DNA of 63,617 bases, filler included, from Bigelowiella natans CCMP2755 (lineage: Eukaryota; Protista; Cercozoa): the NCBI GenBank assembly GCA_000320545.1. It is 5 parts of 5 records of this genome, joined end to end, with 100 filler letters (N's around TTAATTAATTAA, not from the genome) between each part and the next. Parts side by side here need not be neighbours in the genome. Positions count along the whole stretch, not along the records: positions 13,136 to 41,574 come from ADNK01000738.1; positions 41,675 to 57,483 come from ADNK01000759.1; 3 more parts are not named here. The stretch is one strand, 5' to 3'. The notes under the pieces were generated by a model. It was given only the letters and a program-made list of their open reading frames with translations, ran no database searches and was not told the origin of the DNA. The position numbers were made by a program, and so were the translations under genes. Below are positions 40,426-57,583 of this stretch, piece after piece; positions within the stretch are counted from its first letter, which is position 1, and every line of letters begins with the position of its first letter.

Positions 40426-41286
40426 ATGGACAAAACTGCGGGCCAGGTCTCGGTGGAGGCGATGGTACAATCTCACCATGATTCCCAACACGAGAGAAAC
40501 AGACTTGACTAAATTTGAATGGATGGTGATTTCAATGCCGTTGGTTACCCTACATGTCTGCTCCCCATGAACCAGGTGGCATCATCCACCTCCCCCATGC
40601 CCGACAGTAAGCTTTCAACCGAAACGAAAGATGTGACTCCGCAGAAGAAGCTGACAGGTGCGCTATGATTCTGCAAAGTTTGTAAGTGGTTTCTTGACGT
40701 CACCACCGGTTCCCCCCCCTCCACATCAGCAAAGGAAAGAATTGAAAAAATGCGGAAAAATCAGCGCACACTTGACAGCGAACTATCTGACATATCATTC
40801 ACAAAGGTATGTGAGTGGTTTCATCTCGCCGAACCAACGCTCACTTGTAACGTAACCTTTTAGGAAGAAGTGAATGTGGCCGGTACCTCTCCATTGTTTT
40901 CTCCCAATGGAAGTACAGCTGGCTCAAGTGCACTTGCCACCGTATTGCAACAACGCCTGGGTTGGTATACAAGTTCAGGCACATGCCCCCCCCTCTCCCC
41001 CCCCCCCCCCAGCGCGCGACACACACGCGCGGTTCTATTCCGTTCCTTTACATTGAGTAAATTCTTTACATTTAATTGAAAAAGAATCGAAGGAGTCTGT
41101 GGAAGGGATAATGAACAACTACAACGGTGGTCGAAGCGGTGGTGGCGATGACGACGGCGACGATATTGACGACGGTCTCGCGCCTCTAGATGAGGAAGAT
41201 GATGACTTCCGCGCCAATATGGAGTACGTAAATTGAATCATGCAAAAAACAAAATCGTGGGGGAATTATGTAAATATTTATATATG

Positions 41287-41319
<33 letters not shown>

Positions 41320-41440
41320 AACATATTTATCAATATGTATTGTATTTGTCCTATTGGTTTGCTTTCCTCCTCTTCAATGCTGTTAGGTCACGCTACCGGT
41401 CACGTACCCGCAGTGTACACTCAAACGATCAAAATAGGTT
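40426..41440 (+). CDS. Hypothetical protein, 5' exons; truncated by the gap
   Basis: Phase-consistent GT-AG exon chain MDKTAGQVSVEAM/VASSTSPMPDSKLSTETKDVTPQKKLT/AKERIEKMRKNQRTLDSELSDISFTK/EEVNVAGTSPLFSP../ESKESVEGIMNNYNGG..DEEDDDFRANME. No recognisable domain. Confidence 0.55.
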
Positions 41441-41574
41441 GCTGCTCCGCATTTGCGCGGCTGCTGCAGTATTATAGCCAAGGCATAAAAATTCTTGTGA
41501 TTGATTATATGAATATAAAGAAATGGGACTATAATATGGGAGCGTGATACCGAAGTGAGAGAGCGAGAGTGACA

Positions 41575-41674
41575 NNNNNNNNNNNNNNNNNNNNNNNNNN
41601 NNNNNNNNNNNNNNNNNNTTAATTAATTAANNNNNNNNNNNNNNNNNNNNNNNNNNNNNNNNNNNNNNNNNNNN
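41575..41674. other. Assembly gap with six-frame stop linker
   Basis: N run-TTAATTAATTAA-N run, 100 nt. Confidence 0.98.
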
Positions 41675-41749
41675 GGAAAATTTTTTTGGGAGGGGGCGGG
41701 GGGGGGTGTGTGTGATGAGTATAATGCGAGTTGATAAGGTTGCATGTTT

Positions 41750-43846
41750 TTCAGACAAGTAATTCTCCAAAGAATCGTGGCATATAATACCTGATAAGGG
41801 CTGTGACTTGGTTCGGAGCAAGTCTACAATAATAAGCATCGATGAAATGTGAACATAGCGGGGGACAACAGATCGTCGTATTTCGACATTTATTGCAATA
41901 TATCTTACCCCATTTGACAGATACTACAACAACTACTACTACTACTACAACTACTGCTGCTGCTGCTACTACTACTGCACGCATGTTATTTTGTTGCGCG
42001 CGGCTGATGATTCTAGTAAATCGCCCTACTACCTGCTTGTCGCTTTTGGAATATAAGGCTCCAGATGTCATACTTATCCCGGCTGAGTAACGAGTAGTAG
42101 CAGCAGTAGCAGTAGTAGTAGCAGTAGAATTAATAGGATGAGCTGAGAAGATCGGCGAGAAGGAGCAGTGCATTTATTTGGAAGTAGTATCGTTGAATAA
42201 TACCTGACGTCCTTCTCGACCTTATCCGATCTTCCCATAGACTCCGTGGTCAGCTGCGAACAAATTTGCAGTTTTCGGTTGAGGAATAGACTGAAAGGGC
42301 TACAGCGAACGAAATAGTACTCTCTCCCCCCCCCTCCCCTCCCTCCTCCCTTTTCTCTCTCTGCTCTCGAATGTGCAAAGTCTATCAAGAGATATTTTGC
42401 CCCGCAAGGCATCTTCCGTGCGACAACACATCCCCCATCAGCATCCAGTGTGTACGCGTGCGTGTTTGTTTGTGTGTGTGTGCGATTTGACCGAGTTCGA
42501 CTTCGCCTTGATGAATTGGAGCATGTTTAAACAGGAACGAATGTCGCCATTCAGCGTAGTACACATCAGCTGGAGAGCACTTAGCTGGAAATGTAAAAAA
42601 GACAAAGCAAGCTTCGAGTGAGAGGGCACGTAAAGAGAAAAGGGGGGGAGGGGGAGGGGGGCTAGCTATGAGGCACGTACGTCAGCTTGTAGACTTTCCT
42701 TGCGACAGATGTGGCGCAGACGCTCCACAAGACTTGATGACTAATGTGCAGTGAAGAATTGTTTGTTTGTCAGTCCGTAAGCTTCGAGGTGGAGGAGGAG
42801 GAGGAGGAGGAGGAGGAGGAGGAGGAGGACATGTTGTTAAAACACGGTGCCTGTACCGATGAGGGCTTCTTGAACTCGAAGCACATCGCGATTGCCCTGA
42901 GCGGCCTCAATGCCGGCGAGTAAGCGTCGTTGCAAATGCATATTATTGGTCTGGAAAGGGCGGTCTTTTTCGATTTCTTTTCATCCTCCTCTGCCTCCTT
43001 TTTCTGGTCGGGTTGAGCAAAACACACACACACACACACACATACACACACACACAGGCATTGGAATCATCGTGCCAAAGCGCTGCGCCCTTCCCCCATG
43101 GTCAAAACCCTGATAATATACCTTTGCCTGAGGACTCCCTTGCACCAACTTCACCAGAGCATTGATGGTTTTCAGGCCTTCCGAACCTTCGAATTGGTGG
43201 TTCACACACTCATGATGTTGGAAATTATTACATATTGACGCAACATCTTTTCATTTGCTCCAACCTCTGCAAGATCCGTCGATTTCATCAATCACCAAAC
43301 AATTTGGACGCCCATCCTTAGCGAAGACGCTTTGCATTTGAGTCGCGGCGCGCACCTACATACGCATGAGCGTTGAGATGCACACACACGCACACACACA
43401 CGCACACACACACGCACACACACACGCACACACAAGGCCAATGCAGGTAGTGAACCGGGCTGCAGGTCTCGAGAAAGTTGATGTGTGTCACAAACCTTGT
43501 TGATTAGGGTCGATTCTGTTCGATCGTCTGAAGCATTAATCTCCACCTAATGATAGGCATGAATGTTGTATACGTGATGACGACTCATTGTATCACAAAA
43601 TAAAGCTGCTAACTTATAATGCCTTACCACGCGATAGCCAGAATGACGAGCAGCGACGTGAGCCAGGGTTGTCTTTCCAAGACCTGCAGGGAAGAAGAAT
43701 ATCACTTTTTCTCCTGTGGATTTTTGGCTTGCGTCACTAAAAAACAGCTCTATCTGACGGCTCTAATTTTCCCTATTGATGACGGAAGAGCGGAGAGCAT
43801 TTTTAATGATCCTTTTTGGCTAGACTTACTGCTGGTGGTTCTTTGC

Positions 43847-43882
<36 letters not shown>

Positions 43883-46056
43883 ATATTGTACGATTTGCGA
43901 CTGTTTTGAATAGAAATGCTACCGGGTGGGCCAGAAAGAAGGATAATTCTCTGCTCAGGGCCCTTATCCTTGTCTGTATTTATGCGTTGCAGAAAGTCAC
44001 TATAGCTCACAGGAAACATACCGAAGCATTCCGCCTTACCGTTTTTCGAGTCGTCCTGTTGAAATGGCTGGTTCAGCAGTTTTTGGCGCTTTTTTGCGCT
44101 ACCCAAGGCGCTGTTAACGTCTTTCTTGCGACGCTGTACGCCGGGGCTATCTTTGCCATTCGGAAATACGATAGGATCCCAAGCTTTCAACCAGCCTAGC
44201 ACCTGAGAAGGAGAAACGGGTGGTTCACGGTAACCTTCATCATGGGAGAGAATTTTCCAGCTCATCATCTTCACTTACTTGTCGATTTATGCGTTCACTA
44301 CTCAAGAGCTCCGTGAACCTTCGAGGCCTATATTTATCCACCCACAAGCCCTACGACATTGATAGTACCGGTTAGGTGTGAAATCTGAAACTTCTCGGGA
44401 GAGAGATAACCAACCGCTTTCTGTTCCTTTTTGGATTGCTTGTTTCTTTTCTTTCCCCGGTTTCTCTTAGCTGCACGCCCCTTTTTCCGATTGAGTTTCT
44501 CTTCCTAAGGAAATCCATTGTTTTATCGTCAAATTCCAAGCACTAGAAAAGGCGTTGACGCTTTGATGCTGTTAACATTGCAAATCTCGCCAATACCGCG
44601 ACCTTCTTCTGTCCTACACCGGCATCCTCCGACAGGTTTTCACCGCCTACAGGGGTGGGAATTTCTTGGGGTTAACAAGTAAAAAATTATCCAAAGTTTT
44701 GTTCGGACTACCAGCAGCTTTTATTGCGTTCGCATGGAAGTCATTTCGTTCGTCCTCGTCAAGCTCCCGTAGCAGCTTATCAACATCGATCATGCGCCCC
44801 CGAGAACCCTTTTAGTGTGAATTCGTTGGTTTCAGGTGCAGCCATCAAAGGAATGCTCATTTACTACCTTGGACTTGTGTTTGGCTTCACTCTTCTTCAG
44901 TCTGTACTCTCTCAATGCCTTCGGCTCAACCTGAACATAATGTCATATATATCATGTTGTCGCTCCCAACAACTGAGTTGATTAATACGTCTAATGTGGC
45001 TTTCATACCTCAAGGTAATATCGTTCTCCGTCATCAGGGCCAGTTAAAGGGATGTAGTCCCCCGAAAGTGGTACGGTCATGCGGAGAGCATTGTCTTCTA
45101 TTTCATCTTTGTAAAGCAAACAGGGAAATCACCGTTTAGATCATTTCTCGAGTCGTTCGACTATCAATTGCAAACGACCTTGACTCTGGTCATCGTCATC
45201 ATTAATATCTCGACCCTCGTCAACTACTATGTCGTCAAACTCGTTTTTCTTCTCACTATCTAAGTCGAAGATATCCGAAGGTGAAACGTTTTCTTTCCGC
45301 TTGTCCCTATTGAAATTTCACGAGGCAAATCAATCATAACGCGAATCGGAAAAGGTGCGCGGGTAAGATACCTTGAAGAGGACACGTGTAAGGTCGGCAG
45401 CAATGCTTTCTGTCGCCTTGTTTTTTTATTGACTTTCGTGTTTTTCTGTCTCTCCTCTTCGCGATTCACGGAATTATTCAGAGTTAAACGGCGTTTGGAC
45501 ATTTTTTTATCCCACGGCATCCGCTCATTTCGCTAAGAGTTTCGAAATAAATATTATTCAAGATCGTTCATGTGAAAGAGACAACTTAACCTTTGCAGGC
45601 TCATGAGCTTCGATTTCCATGAGTGCAGCCATGTCTTCTGCCATCCCTGAATAATTTCAATATCACAACTGTCGCGTCGTTCGTAGGAAAATATGATGTA
45701 CCCGGATCGTCATTTGCATCGAGCATTGCCGCAAGCTCCTCCTCCTCCAGAGCTATTAGCTTTTCGCCTTCGAGTTTTATCCAATGTCGGATATTTATGG
45801 GTTCATTATGGAAAGAGTGAACGAAGGCAGATGTATGTTAGATACCTGTAGCCGTAACACTGTGCCCAGAGCTCTCAGCGATCATCGTAGGCTCGAGTGC
45901 CGCTGCAAGCTCGGGATCGTCATCTGAATTGCAGAGTCGCAGTCAAACGCAACTTTGTAAGCAACTACAACAACTGCACTCAATGGTAAGTGTGTTCCAG
46001 GTCTATCCTCTGTGATGCCGCTTATCATGTAAACTACCTATGAAGGGCTCCTCCAT
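41750..46056 (-). CDS. CTF18: Chromosome transmission fidelity protein 18 (RFC-like AAA+ clamp loader); 3' end lost in the gap
   Basis: LWVDKYRPRRFTELLSSERINR, LGWLKAWDPIVF, Walker A ILLSGPPG/LGKTTLAHVAARHSGY, EINASDDR, Walker B RPNCLVIDEIDG, RPIICICNDAYSPALRPLR, LVERLRHICRKE, GDIRSCLNMLQF. Candidate start MEEPF at 46056. Confidence 0.95.
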
Positions 46057-46407
46057 TGTTGATCAGCGTAAATTGAGCGGGAAACTATTTCGGCGGGGCA
46101 GGAGACCCAAAAATAAGCAGATTCTTCATGAAAACCCTGTCGTACTTTATAGTCGGCATACAAAAATAGTAAAGTTCAAATAATTGTCATTTATGAGCTG
46201 CGACATCCCTCGTGCCCCGATAATCAAAACCCCGGCAAAACCCCGGTTTTCTCCCGAAATTGCCAAACAACCGGGCTTCGCGCTCGGGGGTTTGCTGCCG
46301 TCGACGTGAACGGGCCGCAGGAAGGTAGATTTTCTTGTGACGACATGATATTCAGAGCAATATTCGTTCCAAATCCTCTCCATTCCGAATAACACTTTTC
46401 AACAGTC
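46057..46407. promoter_or_regulatory. Probable bidirectional promoter between CTF18 and ATP sulfurylase
   Basis: About 350 nt between divergent start codons, free of microsatellites, with a tandem AAAACCCCGG pair near 46226-46250. Function is inferred from the gene geometry only. Confidence 0.45.
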
Positions 46408-49993
<3,586 letters not shown>

Positions 49994-50159
49994 GCTAAGG
50001 AGAACCCGCGGATTGCTTCATTTGTGGGGGATTTTGAATAACTTTGTCTTCTGCCCAATCGTACCCATCGAATCGGCTTGAGGGGTATCCTGATATGCAC
50101 TCTTAGCACCTATTTCGCTTCCGTATGTATCTTGAGCAGTGATGACTATCACGTCAAAT

Positions 50160-50980
50160 ATATTAACATGCCCCACGATGTTTCAGTGATTCTTTGAACA
50201 TATTCACATACATTACCACGTAGCGAACTACATAGTTATGGTAGCAACGACCGTGGTACAGTGTTGCGAGCAGTAGCATATTTACGGTGTAGAACACACT
50301 ATGTGTGTGTGTTTGTGTGTGTGTGTCGCATTCATTCGAAATGACTCTAGGACTGTGTGCTGTGGGTGTCTCACATTCATATTCAAGAAACAGAGAACTG
50401 CGACCGCGTGTCTGTGGTGCCATGCATCTACATGTACATGGATAGCAGTCTGGAGCATGCGCATCTAGACATCTAGCTAGCTGAGAGTATGTACGTGGTC
50501 AGGTCATGCAGGCGACCACACACATCTAGACATCCTAGCATCGTCTAGATGTGTTGATTGTGCTAGCTAGCGTGCTGGCAGACTCAGCTAGTTAGCCGTT
50601 CTTTTGTCTGTTTTCTGTTGCTGGCGAGACCGTGAAATAGCTACCATATGTGCAATGGGCGCTTAACTTCATTAAACTAGCTGTGCATTGGTGCAAAATC
50701 TGCCTAAATGAACTAGCTAGATGGCAATACGATGTCACACAACACACAGATGCGACGAGGCTAGGAGGCTCGCTAGCATTGTACATCATGACATTGCAGT
50801 CCTAAACTCTGACCCGAGGCACGTACACATCTCGATGTCTTTGTCAACAGTGCATGTGTTTGAAACTCTGCTTGCACAGCGCCCACTTCTGGACACTGGC
50901 TAGCTGGCTCGGATGCCATGTCACATTGCCATGTCAGGGCACGTGTGGGCGTGTGGCTTGACAAGCTACCATTGTCCTGG
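50160..50980. repeat. Palindromic-word island 6 (after the ATP sulfurylase stop, tandem junction)
   Basis: CATGTACATG, TCTAGACATCTAGCTAGC, GCTAGCTAGC; ends ~270 nt before the RPS2 start. Confidence 0.75.
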
Positions 50981-51253
50981 CATTCGTAACGATATAAGGA
51001 TAAAGTATGATGTCGTAGGTATCAAATCTTCGTAAATTTTAATTTTCAAACGTTTTTTGGCGATTGGAAATCTGTGATGTATCCTAAGTTGCGACAAGAC
51101 TGAAATGCTTGTCTCTCAATATTATTGTAAATTTTCAAAAATGGCCTGCATTTAGAATTTATTTTGGGTAACTCAATCGATCGGCGGATTCTGTCGGCGA
51201 ATTAAGTCTGTCACGCAAATTGTCATCCATACCACTTGGCCTTGCAATCAAAC

Positions 51254-52472
51254 ATGGAAGGTGTGCATCCAGGACCAGGGGGAGGGCAGAGAGGGGATAG
51301 CACGAGATTATTCTTGGAAGGATGCATTAGTGCATTAATAAAAATTGTGTGTAGTTATTGAGTGGTTTGATCGTCATTTATTAGGACGAGGACGAGGACG
51401 CGGACGCGGAGGAGGTGATCGAGGTGGTTTTGGAGGTGGATTCGGTGACGGCGGACGCGGTCGTGGCCGCGGCCGTGGGGGAGGACGTGGACGTGGACGC
51501 GGGGGACGTGGAGGACGTGGAGGCCGCCGTGGCCGCGGACGTCGTGGACGTCGTAAGGACGATAAAGATGTATGGCACCCTGTTACCAAGCTCGGCCGTC
51601 TCGTCAAGGCCAAAAAAATTCTAAAGCTTGAGGACATCTTCCTCTTCTCCTTGCCTATCAAGGAGCCTCAAATCGTCGACTACTTCCTCGGAGACAAGCT
51701 CGAGGACGAAGTCATGAAGGTGATGCCCGTTCAAAAGCAGACCACCGCTGGTCAGCGCACCAGGTTCAAGGCTTTCGTTGCTGTTGGGGACCGGGACGGC
51801 CATGTGGGACTTGGAGTGAAATGCTCTGCGGAAGTTGCGAACGCAATCCGTGGTGCAATTGACCGCGCCAAGCTCAACATCATCCCTATCCGCCGTGGAT
51901 ACTGGGGTGGTACCTTCGGAAAGCCTCACACAATTCCTACCAAGGTGATTGATGAGTCTGATAAATAAGAGGAGTAGGAGGCGACTTACAGCAAGCCATG
52001 CAGATAGCTTATTCTGATTTTCCTACTTGCATTTGTATGTGTCCAATTGAGAATTTTTTTAAGTTTTCTATCTCGCTCGGTCTTTCTCAGAGTCATTCCG
52101 TCCTGCAGCTACATTATCATCATCATCATCATCCTCATCCTCATCACCGTCTATATTCTACAGGTCACTGGAAAGTGTGGATCTGTCACTATGAGACTGA
52201 TCCCTGCTCCTCGTGGTACGGGAGTCGTCGCTGGACGCGTCCCTAAGAAGTTTCTGGAATATGCTGGGGTTAAGGATATCTACACTAGTGCCACCGGAGC
52301 AACCCGCACACTCGGAAACTTCATCAAGGCTACATATCAGGCTCTTTCGAAGACATACTCCTTCCTCACCCCTGACATGTGGGAAGTCAAACCGTTCACG
52401 TCCTCTCCTTACCAGGAGCATACGGATTTCCTCAAGGAAAACGGCGACAAGAATAAAAAGATTCAAGGATAA
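51254..52472 (+). CDS. RPS2: 40S ribosomal protein S2 (uS5); exons 51254-51260, 51385-51944, 52164-52472
   Basis: RGG-rich N-terminus, [78 protein letters not shown]. Confidence 0.98.
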
Positions 52473-52739
52473 TTCGAATGTGCGCTCACGTTGAAAGAAT
52501 GTTTTTCAACTGCATAGCAATGCCAAAGTACTACTGATTCGTTTGCTTCTCATGTCTGCGTGTTGGCTGCATTTGCAGAATGTTGTTCGTGTGCAGAGTT
52601 CTGCAACAGCGGGTCCGCTATACCAAAACGACTGATGAGCTCTTTTATGCTTAGTCTGATGATTTATCTGTGTATCTTTTTAAATATGTATGTCCATTCG
52701 ATCGATTGAGACAGAGTGGTAGGTGCTCGTAGTTATTGA

Positions 52740-53604
52740 ATCGCGGCATAGCTAGCGGCACATCATGTACGTACGACATATGCAAGATACATGTGTGGCA
52801 CATTACACTTCGATCTAGACTTGCCGCACGCTAGCGTAGCTATAGCAAAATTTCTACGCTGTTGCAATAATGTGCATGCGCTAGCATGCTAGCATGATGC
52901 ACAAGCGCGGCATTGCACAAACTTTCGTGAGATCGATCCATGCAAAAAAATGCATCAAAGCAAAATTTGTGCACACGTACATCTAGACATGCGCATACAT
53001 AGCCACATGTGGCGGACGTCGTCCCAGTCGATCTGCGATGTTAGGTTGGGAGTTCGGAGCCGGAGCGTAGCCGGCTAGCGGCCGGCTAGCCGGGGAGGCA
53101 TGCGCGCAGGGTTCCATCGATCCGCCATCCAGAATAAGACCAATTGTTCGGCTGAGCAACTAGTAGCACGTACGTCGTGTGCATAAAAATGCTGATCGAG
53201 ATTTGCTACTTCTAGAGTTTGTGGTGATTTGGGCTTTGTTGGTTTTCGAAGAATCATCATTGATGAAGTGCTTTACGATGCTTTCGATGCTAATAACAAT
53301 ACGGGGGCATTGCCGTTGCAGTCTGGCGCAGTACGTGTGCATGATGTAGTACAGCATGATCCATGCTCGCATGCACCATGCACCTACATGTACGTGTAAG
53401 TACAACTCTACGATACGTTGCCGTATATATGATGTAGTATAGTAGTGCGTAGTGCGCTGCCATCTAGCTTGTGATGCAAGCTTATTGTTATGCAATGACT
53501 AGCGCACTCTAGTACTTCTGCGCGACTACATCCTACGCATGCGATACGATGCTCCGTCTAGCTATAGCTGTTCGTACGCCGTGATGATGACGTATGGGTA
53601 AACA

Positions 53605-53642
<38 letters not shown>

Positions 53643-53790
53643 TGCTCTGACGATATGATAATACATACGTGCACGTAATAATGGCCGTAGCAGTGATAGG
53701 CGGTACATTGTCTCACATGTATTCTATGCGTTTTCCATATGTGTAGCATGTCTAGATGTAGACGCACACACACACACACACACACATAGC
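52740..53790. repeat. Palindromic-word island 7 (convergent zone)
   Basis: GCTAGCATGCTAGCATG, CCACATGTGG, CCGGCTAGCCGG, TAGCTATAGCT. Confidence 0.75.
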
Positions 53791-53838
53791 CATGCTTCTT
53801 ATCTTCTTGGAAACTAAGATATTAACATCCTCTGCTAC

Positions 53839-54586
53839 CTACCGCAGCCCTACATATTGAAAACGCTCCGTGATATCTGATGGGTCCGTTGCGTTGATTA
53901 TTTCCTCAATTTTCTCCTCCTGAGAATCACAGCATCGTCGCGAATTAAAAGCCATAAATAAAAGCCATAAATCCTCGGAGGAAACCGACGAACCGACAAC
54001 CTTAGGCGGCTTCCCAATCTTAACTACGTGGAACTCCCTGGGAGGCTCGACCGTGTGCGTCTTGAGGAAATTAACTACCAGCTCACTATGATTCATATAA
54101 GCACGAAAAGGGATTTAGTCGACTTCTACTCACACACACAATATGTATGTTATATCCATTGTAGAAATGTGCGCGCGCGCGTGTATGTGTGCAGTGTGCG
54201 TGTGTTTGTGTTGTTGTGCATTCTAATCCCGCTCCTGGTGCTCTGCTATAGGTGCTGGGGAGCACCGATGTTTGGCCTCCCCGCGTAACGCGACATCAGA
54301 GCAAAAGCAATATGGACATTTCCGATGAGCGTCGGAGCGATTTGGGACTCGATATCTTGCGAATTTAGAAGCGTATGTACCTAGCCTCCCCAGCTGCCGC
54401 AGCGAAATCCTGCCCCCCCTCCCCGTCGTACTCGGCGTTTCCAGAGATGAAATCTGAAGAGGGAAGAGCCAAAAAGCAGCATAAGCGTGTAAAACAAACG
54501 ATTCGGCGAGATTCGTAGCGAGGGCTTCGGATCTCCTCTGCCTCACTGAGGATTTGTTTGCACGAAGTTGCCGACGACGACGATGG

Positions 54587-54618
<32 letters not shown>

Positions 54619-55280
54619 GGCACTTATTTATCTTTTGTATCAGACCGTCGGTGATCCAAGAGAAGATTTCCTCTGTAGAGGACTTGAGACTTCGGAGCTT
54701 TTTGATCATAGCAGCAGCGTCATCGTTCTCTTCAGATTGCCTCTTATCATCACCCTGAACGGCCTTCCCGGAGATACGCAACACCGGCATCCTTTCAAAA
54801 GAAGAAATATTTAATATATATATATATATATATATATTTTTGTGTGTGTGTGTGCGTATATTCGTTCCCCCAAAGCACTCCGCCGGGTAGCAATAGATTT
54901 CAGAAATGGAAGAGGCAGCAATAGGCACTAATTCCCTCAGAACTACTTGATGTCATCGAGTAATCCTGGCTTGATATCGCTCGGATGCACGAGGCCTGCC
55001 CCACATTGCAGAGGAACAAAAGAACAACCAGTTACGTCGGTGCTTGCCCAACCGGACAATACTACATGCGAACGAAGACGGGGGGAGGGGAGGGGGGGGG
55101 GGGCTAGGGGTGCTTTCAGACGGAGATCGACATTAGAGACGCCGTGAGCAGCTCACGAGACGCCTTGGTTTATGCCCTGCGACCTGGACCCTTCTCGCAA
55201 GGAACGTCTATCACTTTGCATGTCAAGCATTAGGCATCATCATTATCTTCATCACTATCGTCGTCATCTCGTCGCCATCG

Positions 55281-55320
<40 letters not shown>

Positions 55321-56813
55321 GTAGTGTACATAAAGCTTTGAAGGTTGGATTATCCGCTGCAATCCTGGCAGCAACTCCAGCCCCCCAACCGATGCCGACA
55401 ACCACGATTTCTTCGCCTGCAAAGTCAGGTGGAGGGATGGGTGGTTGAATGAAACTAGTTCTTTTATCATCATCGTCGTCATCGTCGTCGTTACTATCAT
55501 CTTTTCTCCTCGCCATCATCATCATCATCATCACCACCATCATCATCATAGCCCGTTGTGTATTCATTACAAAATCTTGCAGCCTTAAGGAAGGACCATG
55601 CGAAGTTCAGGTCCGGCTTAATCTCCGCCCTAATTTTCGGCAGGAAGAGATTTGATGAGTACACATCAGAGGTGATGATGACGATGATAATGACGATGAT
55701 GGTTAAGACAACAACTCGTCGTCGGAGCAAAGATGAGGCCGAGGCGAGGCAAAGCAAAGAATACGCTGTGACATTCAACAGTATAACCCTCACCAGGGCA
55801 TCTTCTTGATATGATCGTGAAATCGAGCAGGGTCTTCAACTGGGAATGGTATATCTGTGCTATTGTGCGTCAAATCCTGAGGGGAAGGGGTACGGGGGGG
55901 GGGGGGCACACATGGGGGCAGCACAGGATAAAATTCACGAGAATCTTACTGATGCATCCTTGAAATCAAATTATAATACTTTACTACACACACACACACA
56001 CACACACACGCACAAACACACGCACAAACACACACGTACACACATTTATATATTCATATGAATACACATTTCGTATTTACCGGCATCACGACAGCAAACC
56101 CTGCCGCTGATATGCGGTCACAGAATTGGATGAGGCTTGGTGAGAGTCCTTTGTTGTTGTCATATCGTACCAGCAGCAGGAGCAAATAGCAATAGCAATA
56201 GCAAGAGCAACAACACACCAATCGGCTACGGAATCAGACAACGCAAGCAGACACGAAGAACTCATATCTAACAAAGAGCTCGGTTCTCTGCTTTCCCCTT
56301 AAGGAGTAGAGAAAGGGCGGTGGGGGGGGGGGGGGGGGAGCGACAGGTAGAATCGACGAAGAGAAAACACGCACACACGCACATACGCACACACGCACAA
56401 AGAAGACATTGCTTCCTAGAGCTTGCTTTTACCAAACGGATCGCAGCACACGATGACGCCGACATTATTGGGGCGGATCTACGATGATGATGATGATGAT
56501 GATGATGACGATGATGATGATGATGATGACGACGATGATGACGATGATGATGACGATGATGATGACGATGATGACGACGATGATGATGACGATGATGATG
56601 ACGATGATGGGGCGAAAACCAAGCTTGCGAAAGGAGCGTATATGTGCGTGTGCCGTCAAGCTCAAGAGTTGTCGCGCGAGAGGGTAGAGGAAGAAGATGT
56701 CGTTCAAGAGGTGTTAATAGTAATACAAAGGCGTCACGAGGCATCCTCCCGCTTCCATCGAATTCTGGGTCGCTGTGTTCCCAAGTAGTACCAGCACCAC
56801 GCACACAAAACAC

Positions 56814-56854
<41 letters not shown>

Positions 56855-56935
56855 TGCAAAAGAGTGGGAACATTTTGCTATTGACGAGAGAAAAGAGTGG
56901 GAGACCAAGGGTATTGTATACATAAATATTATGTG

Positions 56936-56973
<38 letters not shown>

Positions 56974-57360
56974 CCTTGTGTAGTGCACGGTGTCGCCAAT
57001 AATCCGCATATACTGCCCTTTCCTCTCGTGTCTGTTATAATAGATACATATTACCAAGCATTATCTATATTCGTATTCGCATAATAATTCACTAAATATT
57101 AGGTTGCTCAGCACCTAATAATATCTGTTTTTTGACACCCTGCATTCTAGTACCGCGCGCCGTCTCCCTCCCTCCTCCTCTTTCTCTCTTTCTCTCTCTC
57201 TCTCTCTCTCCTTCTCTCTCTCTGTGTGTGTGTGTGTGTGTGCGTGTATGTGTTGTCATCGTGGTCCACATCGCCGCTAGAGCTTCGATTGTGATGATGG
57301 CAATATTGGATTTACCGGGGATTGAAGGGTTTAATCTCGTCAGCCGCGTTGTTGGCTTGC
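53839..57360 (-). CDS. Dienelactone-hydrolase-like alpha/beta-fold protein with a C-terminal extension; 5' end uncertain near the gap
   Basis: Exons in the expected order: ICGLLATP, IRPNNVGVIVCCDPF, LLALSDSVAD..GFAVVMP, IKPDLNFAWSFLKA, IVVVGIGWGAGVAARIA, GLVHPSDIKPGLLDDIK/MPVLRISG. The C-terminal exons are unrecognised and some phase joins are unresolved. Confidence 0.65.
56482..56608. repeat. Long (GAY)n trinucleotide repeat, probably intronic
   Basis: About 42 GAT/GAC units directly before a minus-strand TAG acceptor that opens IRPNNVGVIVCCDPF. Confidence 0.85.
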
Positions 57361-57483
57361 CCGCTGCATTTTTACATCATAATAACAGCAAAATAATACG
57401 TGAAGGGGGGGGGGGGGGGGGGCAAGATGTATAGCTGCAGCTTCTTGCAAAGGAAAAATGGACCCACCCACTCTGAAAAGCAT

Positions 57484-57583
57484 NNNNNNNNNNNNNNNNN
57501 NNNNNNNNNNNNNNNNNNNNNNNNNNNTTAATTAATTAANNNNNNNNNNNNNNNNNNNNNNNNNNNNNNNNNNNNNNNNNNNN
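57484..57583. other. Assembly gap with six-frame stop linker
   Basis: N run-TTAATTAATTAA-N run, 100 nt. Confidence 0.98.

Noticed and set aside
39985-40491. 168-aa minus-strand ORF
   Set aside because: It spans the promoter and first exon of the + strand hypothetical gene, starts at a non-ATG codon and has no motifs.
51374-51929. Pro/Arg-rich antisense ORFs
   Set aside because: Reverse complement of the RPS2 RGG tract and coding exon.
56268-56999. Poly-His/Arg ORF (-) and poly-Asp ORF (+) suggesting a metal-binding protein
   Set aside because: Both arise from the (GAY)n repeat, which ends at an acceptor leading into a hydrolase-motif exon, so it is best read as intronic.
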